This document shows, one piece after another, positions 49,454-63,019 of a DNA stretch of 64,000 nucleotides. Numbering within the stretch: the stretch's first letter is position 1; the number at the start of each line of letters is the position of its first letter. The position numbers and the translations under genes were made by a program. The notes under the pieces are model-generated. The model worked only from the letters and a program-made list of their open reading frames with translations. It had not been told where the DNA came from and made no database searches. The stretch is from Pristiophorus japonicus (lineage: Eukaryota), in NCBI RefSeq assembly GCF_044704955.1, contig NC_091999.1:60140001-60204000 (forward strand), given 5' to 3'.

Positions 49454-50070
49454 GGTGTTAGAAGGGGAGGATTTGAAGGAGGGAAACTCAAACTAAACGT
49501 CACGTCAAGATCAGATAGAGTCACTCGATTCATCAGGACTTGAATATCATCGGCCTTTGAATGTGGAAGGAGAAATGTTTGTTTATTCTGTCTGTGGGGA
49601 AAGATTACAAACATCAGTGTGACTGAAAAAGCACTGAGACACACACACCCGAGTGAGAGTGTTTCAGTGCACTGATTGTGGAAAGAGCTTTAACCAGTTA
49701 CACAGCCTGAAAAACCATCGCATCATTCACAGCGGGGAGAAACTGTAAACGTGTTGTGTGTGGAGGAGGCTTCAACTGATCGTCCAACCTGGAGAGACGG
49801 AAGCACACCCGTACCACGGAGAAACCGTGGAAATGTGGGGACTGTGGGAAGGGATTCAGCTACCCGTCTGCGCTGCAAGTTCATCAACACATTCACACTA
49901 GGGAGAGGCCGTTCACCTGCCCCGTGTGTGGGAAGCGATTCACTCAGTCATCCAGCCTGGTGAAACACCAGCGAGTTCACACTGGGGAGAGGCCGTTCAC
50001 CTGCTCGGAGTGTGGGAAGGGATTCACTGTGTCATCCCGCCTGCTGACACACCAGCGAGTTCACAAGTGA
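49454..50070 (+). pseudogene. C2H2 zinc-finger terminal exon, 3 intact fingers, start codon reads ACG (49816)
   Basis: TTTTGCAG|G acceptor; [83 protein letters not shown]. Confidence 0.8.
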
Positions 50071-53000
50071 CTGCAGTGGTTGGATTCTGCTATCATTGCT
50101 GCTGTTATCACATCCCGACTGAATCGTGTCCATTACGACAGTTGAAATTTGTTTCTGATGATAATAGTCCCTATAACTGGGCTGGAATATAATATTTGAT
50201 GTTTCAATAACAGAGTGTGTCGACATTTAATGTTCCAAGATAAGAGGAGACTAATTGATGTCCTGTTATTTTGGGGCCTTTTCTCCATTAGAACTCTGGA
50301 TTATTTCAGTTCTCATACATTCGGTTACTCTCGTGGACAAATGCCAGTTCCCCTTACCTTCCAGAGTGCCTCTCCTAGCCTTGGTATTGTGGGAAGGTGT
50401 CGGTAACATTTCTGGGAGCCCTGAACACAAAATCCAGTCTGTTAATCACTTTCAGATATTGGACTTAGCGTGTGTCCCACAGCATCTCTCTCACCTTCGA
50501 TGTGTGAATGGAGCATCACGCCTGCAAACCTGGGATCAATTTAAATTTGAATTTATTCAGGAAATGTATTTAAGAAAATACAGATCACATGAAATAATTG
50601 GCAACGGTTTTGAGTCAACAAGATGAACAAGTAAATATATCCCGGTCCAATATTCCAGCTCTACATTCACAGGAGAAAGTCTGTTATCAAACTCCTCGAG
50701 TAGACAGAATAGAGAACAATGCTAACTCTAAGAATATCTAGCATCTGTTGTAAATATCTTTCAAATCCCGACTGTTAAAATCTGGCGTTTTCCTTTCAGT
50801 TGAAGTGAATGGAAGATGAGAGGGGTGTTGGCATCGGGAACTCGGTTAATTCAGCTTCTTGAAAGGTGTTCATGTTTAGTTCATTCCATATCGGGAAAAA
50901 TGTGGTTGTTATCATTAGAGAGAGATTTCACTGAGCAACAGTTGGTATTTGCAACCAACTGGCCGTGGATATTTTCATCATAGAATGTTTAGATTAGAAA
51001 TATTATGTTCGAATAAGAAAAGTTCAGAGACTAGTGGTTTGTGCTTGCCACAGGAAGACCAGTGTTTTACGTGCTTCGAATATTGTTGATGTATGTTGAA
51101 GAAAATGCAGACTCGTGTTTCTGGACTATGCCGGAGCCAAAGACGACAATGTTCGGCAATGCCAGTTCGAGTTGGATAAAAGGTTGATGGCATAGCAAAA
51201 GATCCAGCAGTTAAAACAAAATTATCTCCAGTTATCTGCAGACATCGAATGTCGCAGCATGCTGACAAAGTTGGACTTAAGAATTTAAAGTATTGAGTTA
51301 AATTATTGGGATCGATTGTTATAGAATTGAATTGTTGTAGAATGGAAAAGTGGTGAAGTTATGCTAAACTTGTATCGAACCTTGGTTAGACTTTGCGTGT
51401 GCAATTCTGGTCACCATATTATAAAAAGGATATGGAGGCACTGGAGAGGGTGCAGAGAAGATTTACAAGGAAGATGCCAGAAAGGCGAGCGTGTACCTAT
51501 CGGGAAAGGATGGACAGGCAAGGTCTCTTTTCTCTTGAAAAAAGAAGGCTGAGGGGTGAGCTAATGTCTTTAAAATGATGAAAGGTTGTGATTGAGTAGA
51601 CACAGTGTTTCCACTTGTGGGGACCAGCATAATTAGAGGCCATCAACATAAGATAGTCACCAAGAAATCAAGTAGGGAATTCAGAAGAAACCTCTACCCA
51701 GAGAGTGGTGAGAATGTGGAACTCACTGCCACAGGGAGTGGTTGAAGCGAATAGTATCGATACATTTAAGGGGAGGCTAGACAAGTATATGAGGGAGAAG
51801 GGAATCGAGGGTTATGTGGATATAGTTAGATGAGGAAAGAAGGGAGGAGGCTCGAGTGGAGCATAAATGCCGGCATGGACTGGTTGGGCCGAATGGCCTG
51901 TTTCTGTGTCGTATATCCGATGTAATCCTATTGTCCAAGTCACACTGCTCGAAGGGGAAGATAAATGATTTGCATCCAAACGCGATTGTTACTTTTGTCT
52001 TCTTTGTAAAATGACAAAGTCTGGGCATAATTTGTTTGTGAAATTAAAACTGATTATATATATATATATATATATATTGCTGAGCGTCGCTGGTCAAAAA
52101 CATGGGAAGGAAAATTTAGCTGAAAATTGAGATAATTAAGTTTTATTTTTGAAAAAGTCCCGTCTCTGTGGTTCTGTCCAAACTATGTATTCAGAAATAA
52201 GTTTTTGGGGGCGACTGTTATCCTAAAGGTAACTAACATCCTTCTTGTTGTCGACTGAATTGCTCTCTGGCATATTTTGGAGAATAAATGGTCCAAGAAG
52301 AGGTTCGGTTAAATAAAATTAAACAAAGAAACTGGGTCAAAACTTGGAGCAAGTGGGAATGTTTGATCGATGTTTAAAGACAGTATGATAATATTGTATT
52401 CGACAGTAAAGTTCCTCCGGGCTCATGAATGAAATGGTGAACACTGTATAAAATGTAATGAGAGGAAATGAGTGAGGATATAAGAGGAAAACAGGAAAGT
52501 TACACCTCCAAATAGAAATGTTTCTTCACTCATTGTTCCTGGGCGAATTGTCATAAATCACCTGGGTACAATCTGCTGTTAATGTAAATTCTTGTTAAAG
52601 TCAGGGAAGTGTAGGAAATTGCTAATATTTCTCTGAGATGTTTGTGTCATTGCCTATACTGAACAATAAGAAAACTGAATTTGATCGCCTGGCCACTACC
52701 CGAGACATCGGTACCATGCAGAGGGAGATGAGCAAAGATCTTCAGACATAAGATCACCTCAAATGGCTTGGAGCAGATGTCCCATGTGGCATGATACTGG
52801 GATACCGCTGCGTGTGTGTGTGAACGAGTCTCAGGCATGCTCAGTTATCGACAACAGCACAACATGAAATGGCTTATGTGACTCAGGACAGTGAGAACAC
52901 TTTTTAAACCATCAAGGCCGTGACACAATCTCCATAGAGAAACCGACTTTGAAATAATCCGGATAGAGTTAAACACACTGTTACCTGTCAGAGGCATTAG

Positions 53001-53329
53001 AATTAACAGTAGCGAGAATGCTGACCAAATTAGGATTTCGTTACAGCTGGAATGGTCGTCAGTTTCACGGCCTCCACTCAGTACTGAACAAAGGAAGCTT
53101 GTAGAGAGGCTAAAAACAAAAAAAGTCAGCCTGTCTCTGTCTGGACAAGGTGGCCATGGCTGTGTAAAGATCAGCTACAAGCTGAAGGTGGGAGATAAGG
53201 ACGCCAGACCTTACAGGTTCCATAACAAAACATGGATCCAAGTGAGAGGCGATCTCCAGGAGGAAGCAGAGGACCTCAAAAGGGTTAGTTTTGGAATCTG
53301 TGATAAACCGAGGTATAGACCCTCAAAAG

Positions 53330-54552
53330 CATAGAAGCACAGAAGCATAGAAAAATAGGTGCAGGAGTAGGCCATTCGGCCTTTCGAGCCTGCACCGCCA
53401 TTTAATAAGATCATGGTTGATCATTCCTTCAGTACCCCTTTCCTGCTTTCTCTCCATACCCTTTGATCCCCTTAACCGTAAGAGCCATATCTAATTCCCT
53501 CTTGAATATATCCAGCGAACTGGCCTCAACAACTCTCTGCGGCAGGGAATTCCACAGATTAACAACTCTGAGTGAAGAAGTTTCTCCTCATCTCAGTCCT
53601 AAATCGCCTACCCCTTATCCTAAGACTGTGTCCCCTGTTCTGGACATCCCCAACATCGGGAACATTCTTCCCGCATCTAACCTGTCCAATCCAGTCAGAA
53701 TCTTATATGTTTCTATGAGATCCCCTCTCATCCTTCTAAACTCCAGTGAATAAAGGCTCAGTTGATCCAGTCTCTCCTCATATGTCAGTCCTGCCATCCC
53801 TGGAATCAGTCTGGTTAACCTTCGCTACACTCCCTCAATAGCAAGAACGTCCTTCCTCAGACTAGGAGACTAAAACTGAACTCAATATTCCAGGTGAGGC
53901 CTCACTAAGGCCCTATACAAGTGCAGTAAGACCTCCCTGCTAGCTATGAAGGCCAACATACCATTTGCCTTCTTCACCGCCTGCTGTACCTGCGTGTCCA
54001 CTTTCAGTGACTGATGAACCATGACACCCAGGTCTCGTTGCACCTCCCCGTTTCCTAATCTGCCGCCATTCAGATAATATTCTGTCTTCGTGTTTTTGCC
54101 CCCAAAATGGATAACCTCACATTTATCCACATTATACTGCATCTGCCATGTATTTGCCCACTCACCTAACCAGTCCAAGTCACCCTGCAGCCTCTTAGCA
54201 TCCTCCTCACAGCTCACACCGCCACCCAGTTTAGTGTCATCTGCAAATTTGGAGAGATTACACTCTATTCCTTCATCCAAATCATTGATGTATATTGTAA
54301 AGAGCTGGGGTCCCAGCACTGAGCCCTGCGGCACTCCACGAGTCACTGCCTGCCATTCTGAAAAGGTCCCGTTTATCCCGACTCTCAGCTTCCTGTCTGC
54401 CAACAAGTTCCCTATCCACGTCAGTATATTACCCCCAATACCATGTGCTTTGACGTTGCACAACAATCTCTTGTGCAGTACCTTGTCAAAAGCCTTCTGA
54501 AAGTCTAAATACACCACATCCACTGGTTCTCCCTTGTCCACTCTGTTAGTTA
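53330..54552 (-). mobile_element. CR1 LINE, 5'-truncated
   Basis: ORF 53882-54607 with VYLDFQKAFDKV and FADDTK; degenerate (CATAGAAG)n tail. Confidence 0.93.
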
Positions 54553-56122
54553 CATAGAAAATAGGTGCAGGAGCAGGCCATTCAGCCCTTCTAGCCTGCA
54601 CCGCCATTCAATGAGTTCATGGCTGAACATGAAACTTCAGTACCCACTTCCTGCTTTCACGCCATACCCCTTTATCCCCCGAGTAGTAAGGACTTCATCT
54701 AACTCCCTTTTGAATATATTTAGTGAATTGGCCTCAACTACTTTCTGTGGTAGAGAATTCCACAGGTTCACCACTCTCAGGGTGAAGAAGTTTCTCCTTA
54801 TCTCGGTCCTAAATGGCTTACCCCTTATCCTTAAACTGTGACCCCTGGTTCTGGACTTCCCCAACATTGGGAACATTCTTCCTGCATCCAACCTGTCCAA
54901 ACCCGTCAGAATTTTAAACGTTTCTATGAGGTCCCCTCTCACTCTTCTGAACTCCAGTGAATACAAGCCCAGTTGATCCAGTCTTTCTTGATAGGTCAGT
55001 CCCACCATCCCGGGAATCAGTCTGGTGAATCTTCGCTGCACTTCCTCAATAGCAAGAATGTCCTTCCTCAAGTTAGGAGACCAAAACTGTACACAATACT
55101 CCAGGTGTGGCCTCACCAAGGCCCTGTACAACTGTAGCAACACCTCCCTGCCCCTGTACTCAAATCCCCTCGCTATGAAGGCCAACATGCCATTTTCTTT
55201 CTTAACCGCCTGCTGTACCTGCATGCCAACCTTCAATGACTGATGTACCATGACACCCAGGTCTCGTTGCACCTTCCCTTTTCCTAATCTGTCACCATTC
55301 AGATAATAGTCTGTCTCTCTGTTTTTACCACCAAAGTGGATAACCTCACATTTATCCACATTATACTTCATCTGCCACGCATTTGCCCACTCACCTAACC
55401 TATCCAAGTCACTCTGTAGCCTCATAGCATCCTCCTCGCAGCTCACACTGCCACCCAACTTAGTGTCATCCGCAAATTTGGAGATACTACATTTAATCCC
55501 CTCGTCTAAATCATTAATGTACAATGTAAACAGCTGGGGCCCCAGCACAGAACCCTGCGGTACCCCACTAGTCACTGCCTGCCATTCCGAAAAGTACCTA
55601 TTTACTCCTACTCTTTGCTTCCTGTCTGACAACCAGTTCTCAATCCACGTCAGCACACTACCCCCAATCCCACGTGCTTTAACTTTGCACATTAATCTCC
55701 TGTGTGGGACCTTGTCGAAAGCCTTCTGAAAGTCCAAATATACCACATCAACTGGTACTCCTTTGTCCACTTTATTGGAAACATCCTCAAAAAATTCCAG
55801 AAGATTTGTCAAGCATGATCTCCCTTTCACAAATCCGTGCTGACTTGGACCTATCATGTCACCATTTTCCAAATGCGCTGCTATGACATCCTTAATAATT
55901 GATTCCATCATTTTACCCACGACTGAGGTCAGGCTGACCGGTCTATAATTCCCTGCTTTCTCTCCCCCTCCTTTTTTAAAAAGTGGGGTTACATTGGCTA
56001 CCCTCCACTCGATAGGAACTGATCCAGAGTCAATGGAATGTTGGAAAATGACTGTCAATGCATCCGCTATTTCCAAGGCCACCTCCTTAAGTACTCTGGG
56101 ATGCAGTTCATCAGGCCCTGGG
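54553..56122 (-). mobile_element. Young CR1 LINE, 5'-truncated, with an uninterrupted RT reading frame
   Basis: ORF 54637-56220 open from PGPDELHPRVLKE to the native stop; contains NYRPVSLTS, QHGF, LDFQKAFD, PQGSVLGP, FADD. Confidence 0.95.
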
Positions 56123-56729
56123 CATAATTTTGGTGGTAATGGAGAAAGAACCCTAAAGCGTGCTCCTTGGGAAGATTGGGAGACCAGGAAGACACCCCTG
56201 AAACAGGTGGGTTGGGACACATCCTGACCCCAAACATTAAATTAATAGTGTTCACTTAAAGAGTTAGTAGCACTCCAGGGCAATAAGTAATTCAAGAACA
56301 TTATAAAATACTTCAATACAAACTTAAAAGATAATGACGGCAGATTATTTTAAAGTAAGAAATGTTGTATGTTGATCAGTAATGTTAACTATTGGTTTGC
56401 CAAGTACAAATGCTGTTAGTGATCATCATATGTGGGACTTAAATAAAATGACATCCCACCTCACAAAAAGAACTCGACCTATCCAATCCAGTAAATTAAC
56501 CCACATTTAATGGACTAGAAGTAACTGAATCAGGAAATGTATTATATAACAATGTGTGTTTTTAAATTGTTAATTGAAACCAAAAGTTTTAAACATGAGC
56601 TTGAATCTATCAACTAGATTATGTGAAGGGAGATATTCACAGTTAATAGATAAACTGGGAAGATAATTAGTAAAGGATGTGTTGGTAAAGAATAGAAAAC
56701 AGGAACCAAGGGATGAGGAAGATGGGGAA

Positions 56730-57860
56730 CACAAGGAGAATCAGTTTAAATCGCAAGGAAAGTGAGAGCTGACAGGATAGCTCAGAATAGGAGCCACAGC
56801 AAGGTTAGCAGGAGTAAACAGAATAGATATAGAAAGTGAATGGGAACACGATGTGGCTTACTGGTGGTATTGTGTGTAGCCTCTGCGACATTTATGATGA
56901 ATGTGGTACAGAAGGGACTGGACAAGAGAGAGAGTAATCAAATCCCTTTGTTTATTCATGAAGAACAACTGAGAAAATGGGTTAGGGGAACCAAGTCATA
57001 GGCTTTGATGTGATGCAGCCAATAGGAATGGGGATTTTGACCCCCAGGGAAGGAGAAAGAAGTGAAGATATTAGACCAGTGGGATTGGTCTTGCCTTTGC
57101 TGAGGAAAAATGAAAATGAAACGGAACCTTCGACGGTGTATAGGGTAGAATCGTTTGCAAGGGTGGAAGACTGAGTTAGGTCCGATCCATAAACAGTATG
57201 AGGAATATCCAAGATATCTGATTGAGAGGGGAGGAACTTGGATAGCACCAGATATGCAGTGTTGTACTCTTAAAGGGACAACATGGGTTTGTAGATGCTC
57301 CAGCTTGTGGGTTCACCCTCGACAAAGAATCTCCAGAATGCCAGATTGAAATAAATAAATGGGGCGAAGGCCAAACTAATACCGTGTATAAAGGAAAAGG
57401 ACAGTATTGTGTGACTACTACTGTCACGTATATGACTGTGGGTTCAACCCGATGCCCCATACTAGAACATCACTTTAGCTTGATTCCACCGAGGAACACA
57501 TGTATTGGTGCTAAACATTGGTTCTGGTACATCATCATAACGTAACTTATCTGCAGATGAGACTGCCTCTGGAGGATGAAGCCATTCGAGTCATTCCACA
57601 TATTGGACACTATATTCTCCCTGTTTCTGGCTTTAAAGCTCATAATTCAGCGAATTAGGACATCCCAGAAACACACAGTGCAAATCATATAGAGGAAGAG
57701 AGAGACAGAACGGGCAATCCCGAGACATGAGAATCAGGAATGGTGGAAAGTAGTATCGAGTTAGATTGTTCCAGCTGGGGTTGGTGATAGCACGGATAAT
57801 AGCTTCAGGGATTCTGGTCATTGAATTATGCTGTAAGGAAGTCAATAAGGGACATTGAAA
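56730..57860 (+). mobile_element. env: Second ERV env relic, F-type fusion-protein-like, multiple frameshifts and stops
   Basis: GK*ELTG*LRIGATARLAGVNRIDIES (decayed cleavage site and fusion peptide); CVASATFMMNVVQKGLD..NQIPLFIHEEQL; GLVLPLL..VYRVES; YPRYLIERGGTWIAPDMQCC..WVCRC; CGF..PECQI..VYKGKGQYCVTT..CP; WWKV then a hydrophobic TM-like stretch. Confidence 0.62.
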
Positions 57861-60800
57861 ATATAAGAAAAGGGAAGGACGCTGAGAGGAAACCAGGATT
57901 AGTAAAGACAAAAAAAGATATAAAACACTTTGTCAACAGGTAATGTAACCCATAAAAAAACCTGTGGGACAGGTTGACACGTGGACCCTGGTTAATTCAG
58001 CTTCTGAAAGGGGTTTATGTTTCATTCATTCGATAGAGGGAAAAATGTGGTTCGTATTATTTGGGAGAGAGAGAGAGACAGATTTCACTGAGCAACAGCT
58101 GGTGTTTTGCGACCAACCAGGCTTCGATATTCATAATAAAATGGATTAGAAATATTGTTTGGATAAGATAAGTCCACAACTAGTGGTTTATGATCACCGT
58201 AGCCAGGCCGCAATGCTTCTAAATGTGTTGCTGATGTAAACTTGTGTCTCTGGATTATGCAGTAGTCAGAGACTACCATATTAGGCAATGCTGGCTCCAG
58301 TTTGATAAGAAAACAGTCTATAAATGTAAGCTTTTTCCTTTGCTCGTTAGCGTGGAGATACCCGTGCCTGGTTACACGTGCTCCATCTGTGACTATACTC
58401 CACTTGTAAATTGATTATAAACAGAAGACTGAATTCGTTACTACTCAAGTGAAGAAACAGAAGTTTGTTTTAAATCAACACTTGGTTCTTTTTTTAAGTT
58501 TGGAACTTCAAAACTTCCTTCGGAATTAAAAATCCGTTAAAACAGCAAAAATCATTCGTAAAGCTATCATCATTAACCTTGAATAAAACATAACTTAGTT
58601 AATTTCAATAACTCCAATTTAATTCGGACCAATATTTTATTAACTAAACACAATACAGAACAGATAAAATAAAACAAAATAGCACATGCTTACAGAACAC
58701 AGTAAATTACATCATTGTTACCTTCAGGTGCTTTTAAGGAAAGATAAACTTGCTATAGAGGGAGTGCAATGAAGGTTCATCAGACTGATTCCTGGGATGG
58801 GGGGATTGTCCTATGAGAGATTGAGTAGACTAGGCCTATATTCTTCAGTGTTTAGAAGAATGAGAGGTGAGAGGCGACACCCACATCCCATGAACAAATT
58901 TTTAAAAAGATGTGAGATGTTTAAATTTGATCAAGGACACCAGCCAAATTAATAGAAACACTCCCTGTCCTTCAGGACCTGTGTCCAGGGGAGAAGCTGA
59001 TGGGTTTATCTGATCATCTTTGGGATAAATGTTGTGCTCATCGAGCTGAGCAGCTCATGCCAGCATCAAACACTTTCCAGTCGGGCACAGCACGAGTTAG
59101 ATACAGAGTGAACCCATCGGTCGCTCCCCGACACAGATACTGAGGGACAGGGAGTGTCCGGGACACTGACATTTCTCACTCAATAAGGTATAAATTGATC
59201 CTGTACCTCTCCCCATTAATCCTGGGCTCCACACGGCTCGAATCCTGCTCCTGTTTCCCTTCCTGTAACAGCACTGAGCTCAACCCAGCCCATAATGAGC
59301 AGGGCTCAGGGAGGTTGGTTGGTAGGCACTGCAGTGATGTCATAAAGCAGGGCAATTCAGCCCAGCTGGTCCTCTCCAAGTACCTTTAAAGGTGGAGAGC
59401 TGGGACATCCTGTCTCAACACACATCCCCCTGTTCCTACTGAGAATCCCTGGGGAAGGGGGAAGGCCCAAGGCCCAGAGTGTGGAACACAACCAAGGGGG
59501 AAAGAGGAGGAGGTAAATCAAGGAGTGGGGACTGAGGGGCATCAAGCTTCAGTTTTAGAGCCAGCAGACTTCAGGAGGGATCAGTGAGTTCTGTAGTTTC
59601 AGGACCCAGGGAGAGAACAAGGAGCAGATGGGGAGACTGGTGTGGACTCCAGCACAGTGAGGATGTAGGGGGAGGGAGATTTTGTCGGGCCGTGTATTAG
59701 GGATGTAGGAGGGACAAGAGAGGAAAGGTCAGAGGAGCAATTACTGCAGCAGTGTCCATCAATAGTGAGAGAGAGAAGGTGGGGATCAGTGGGCCCTGGA
59801 CAGGCCGGTAAACTGTTTGTTTGGTGTGACCAGCTTTCCTTCTGTCACAAATAGTCTCCTGTAGCCCAGTGACACAAACAGCCCATTAAATGCCACCAAT
59901 GTCCTTTGGTCTGGTGAGGTCTCCCTTTGTGAAACATCAGTTGTTGTTAAAGCTTCTCATTCTGACTCGCTCACAGTGAGACAGTATCCATTGTCCCTTT
60001 TATTCCATGGGCTTCATCTTTGCTGGTATTGGTAACACGCCCGGGATCACTAAACACAAAACCCAGTCTGTAAATCACTTTCAGCTACAGGACTTAGTGT
60101 TTGCCCCACTGCACCTCTCTCACCTTCAATGTGTGAATAGAGCATCACGCCTGCAAAGCTGGTTTAAGTTTATATCCAGGCAGAAAATCTATTTAAGAAA
60201 AGCCTGTAGGCCGATGAGACTCTGTTCAGGTGCTAGTGTGCTGCTGGTTTGTCCGGCATTTTGCCAGTAATGGAAAATAACTGAACATTTCTCCCAGTGT
60301 AACCTTTGCTGTAATGAAATGTGTCCTTTAATAAGCCTCATGTCCTTGCTCATGTCTGCTGCAATTGTGTAGAAAGAGGATGTGAAATGAGGCTTTGTAT
60401 GGAGATGTGAGACAAGGAAACGGTATATGTGTGTGGCAGTGACACAGCCTTGTGGTCAGAGGCAGAACCATGCACCGATATCCTCATGGTTATGGTTTGA
60501 GCAGGGTCAGTTCATGAATGCTCAAGCTAAGATGTGCCAGGGATCGGGAGCAGCGGCAGTAAATAAAATCTAAATGTAAATTCCGATGTAGTTTATCTTC
60601 ATTTATTGCTATTTTCATAGCTTTTGCTGAGTGTGGCCCAAGCCAAGTGCCAGGATATTGGACCAGGCCCACCATAGAAAATGAGTTTGACACCTTGAGG
60701 TAGACAATGTCAACCAGATTCCCCCATCCACCAACCGAACAACTTCTTTACAAACTGAAGATAGTTTGTAAGACGTGACCATGTTTACCAGAATCCGTGT

Positions 60801-61461
60801 TCAGTATCTGTAATGGCCCCTTCCCTTGCCCCATGATGGAAAACAGCATCTCTCAGGATCTCTTCAAGCACCTTCCCAGTGATCGAGGTCACGTGTATGG
60901 GCCTTCAGTTCCCGAGCTCTGACTTGTGCCCAATTTGCAAAATGGGAACGACATATGCTACCTTCCAATCTCAGGGAACAACCCATGACTCTACTGAGCT
61001 GTTGGAGATATGGGCAAGGGGCTGACAGAGCACCCATCCCATCTCTTTAAACACCCTTGGGTGGATATCATCTGCACCTTACACGTCAAGGTTAACCCAC
61101 GCAGTGAATTTGCTGTCAGTGAAGAGAGATGAGAAAGACCAAAGTGCCGTTTGCCCCTCTCCGTGTGACCTTGAAGGGCTGTGTTCCGGCTGAAGTTTTC
61201 TCCCCATATGATCCTCCCCCCAGTGTGTCCTCTCTGAGCTCCAGCCAGGTGATGATAAACACACAGGTGGGAAAGACAAAAATCTACAGCAATGTGTTGA
61301 AAGCAACACGAATTTATTTGTCTATAACCCAAATATTAAACTCCAGTCCAGTTACTGGAGTTATTGATATTAGCAGAAACAAACCCCAACTGTCAGAATG
61401 AACATGGTTCAGTCCGGATGTGATTAACAGCAGCATTAACAGCAGATCCCAACCCCTGCAA

Positions 61462-62162
61462 TCACTTGTGAACTTGCTGGTGTCTCAACACATGGGCTAA
61501 CGTACTGAATCCCTTCCCACACTCAGAGCAGGTGAACAGCCTCTCCCCAGTGTGAACTCGCTGGTGTCTCAGCAGGTGGGATGATGTAGTGAATCCCTTC
61601 CCGCACTCAGAGCAGGTGAACGGCCTCTCCCCGGTGTGAACTCGCTGGTGTGTCAGCAAATGGGATGATGGACTGAATCCCTTCCCACACTCAGAGCAGG
61701 TGAACGCCCTCTCCCCAGTGTGAACTCGCTGGTGTGTCAGCAAATGAGATGGTGTCGTGAATCCCTTCCCACACTCAGAGCAGATGAACAGCCTCTCCCC
61801 AGTGTGAACTCGGTGGTGTTTCAGCAGGGTAGATGAATGAGTGAATCCCTCCTCACACTCGGAGCAGGTGAACGGCCTCTCCCTCGTGTGAACTTGCTGG
61901 TGCCTCAAAGGTGGGATGAACACCTGAATCCCTCCCCACAATATGAGCAGCTGAATGGCCTCTCCCCAGTGTGAACTCGCCGATGTATTTCCAGCTGGGA
62001 TGGGTAGTTGAAACATTTCCCACAGTCCGCACATTTACACAGTTTCTCCCCAGTGTGACTGCACTTGTGTTTCTCCAGGTTGGATGATCGGCTGAAGCCT
62101 TGTCCACACACAGAGCACGTGTACTGTTTCTCCCCGCTGTGAACAGTGCTTTTCCCTTCCAT
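61462..62162 (-). pseudogene. C2H2 zinc-finger gene, 8 fingers, frameshift in finger 3 (near 61907); exon acceptor at 62271/62272
   Basis: [23 protein letters not shown]... continues in another frame as [15 protein letters not shown]...HQQVHK*. Confidence 0.85.
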
Positions 62163-63019
62163 GGTCAAAGGCCGATGATATTCCGTTCCCGATGAATCGA
62201 GTGACTCTGTCACATCTTAATGTGATGTTTGGTTTGAGCCTCTGGTCGACAAATCCTCCCCTTTTAATACCCTGTAAAGTGAGTTTCAAACAGAAAAAAG
62301 GGTGGGTGAGAGAGAACCCACAAAAACACAAGGGCAGGTTGTGAAATTGAACTGAATGAACCTGGCTATTTGTGCGGCCATCAGCAGAAAATAAGTGACC
62401 TTGAAAGCTGTTAGATTGTCATAATAACCCAACTGGTCACTAATGTCTATAGGATTCAAAAAATTCTGGGATCCCCTACTCAATGGACATGTGTCTGGAA
62501 TTTAAATTGGAACTGTGTTAGACTTTTGGAGGAGAAATGTGGACAGAAATATCTCACTATTAGTTGCCTTTGGACTAAACTAGGGCCTTTTAGATTGAGT
62601 TTGGACATTTTAAATTGTATGCTGGGTCTGCATAGGGCTGCTAACCCACCTGGGAGGCAGGCCCCAGGGAGACATTAGCAGTCTAACAAAAGCCCACTTA
62701 CCAGGGACCCAGATACATACATATTTTAATAGTTCTTCAAACGGCTATACGGAAAAACCCTGGCATCAGCAAAACACACAATGGACAGTATCAAGACCTG
62801 ATTACATTCTAACGGCACCATTTGAAAACCCCATCAACACCTTTGGGAATCTTGTATCAGGCTAATACTCAATCAGCCCACCAAAATATCTCACAAAGGG
62901 ATCACATTAGAGTTGATCAGCCTGCCAACATCGCACAAAAGCAGTCATCAGAAATCAATTGTGCACTCAGGTATAACTGGGGGCCTTGGTGGTGACTTTT
63001 GGGCTGTGGTACCTTTTGG

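Larger units (their letters stand above)
47364..52507 (+). repeat. Segmental duplication copy B (paralogous to 28240-33548)
   Basis: Colinear high similarity, including near-identical spurious ORFs (32688-32939 vs 51777-52028). Confidence 0.92.

Noticed and set aside
52520-53320. Possible integrase or other retroelement relic
   Set aside because: No convincing motif could be read in any frame
54637-56220. 527-aa ORF as a host gene or autonomous LINE
   Set aside because: It is the RT half of a 5'-truncated CR1 with about 33 chance codons from flanking DNA; no endonuclease or ORF1
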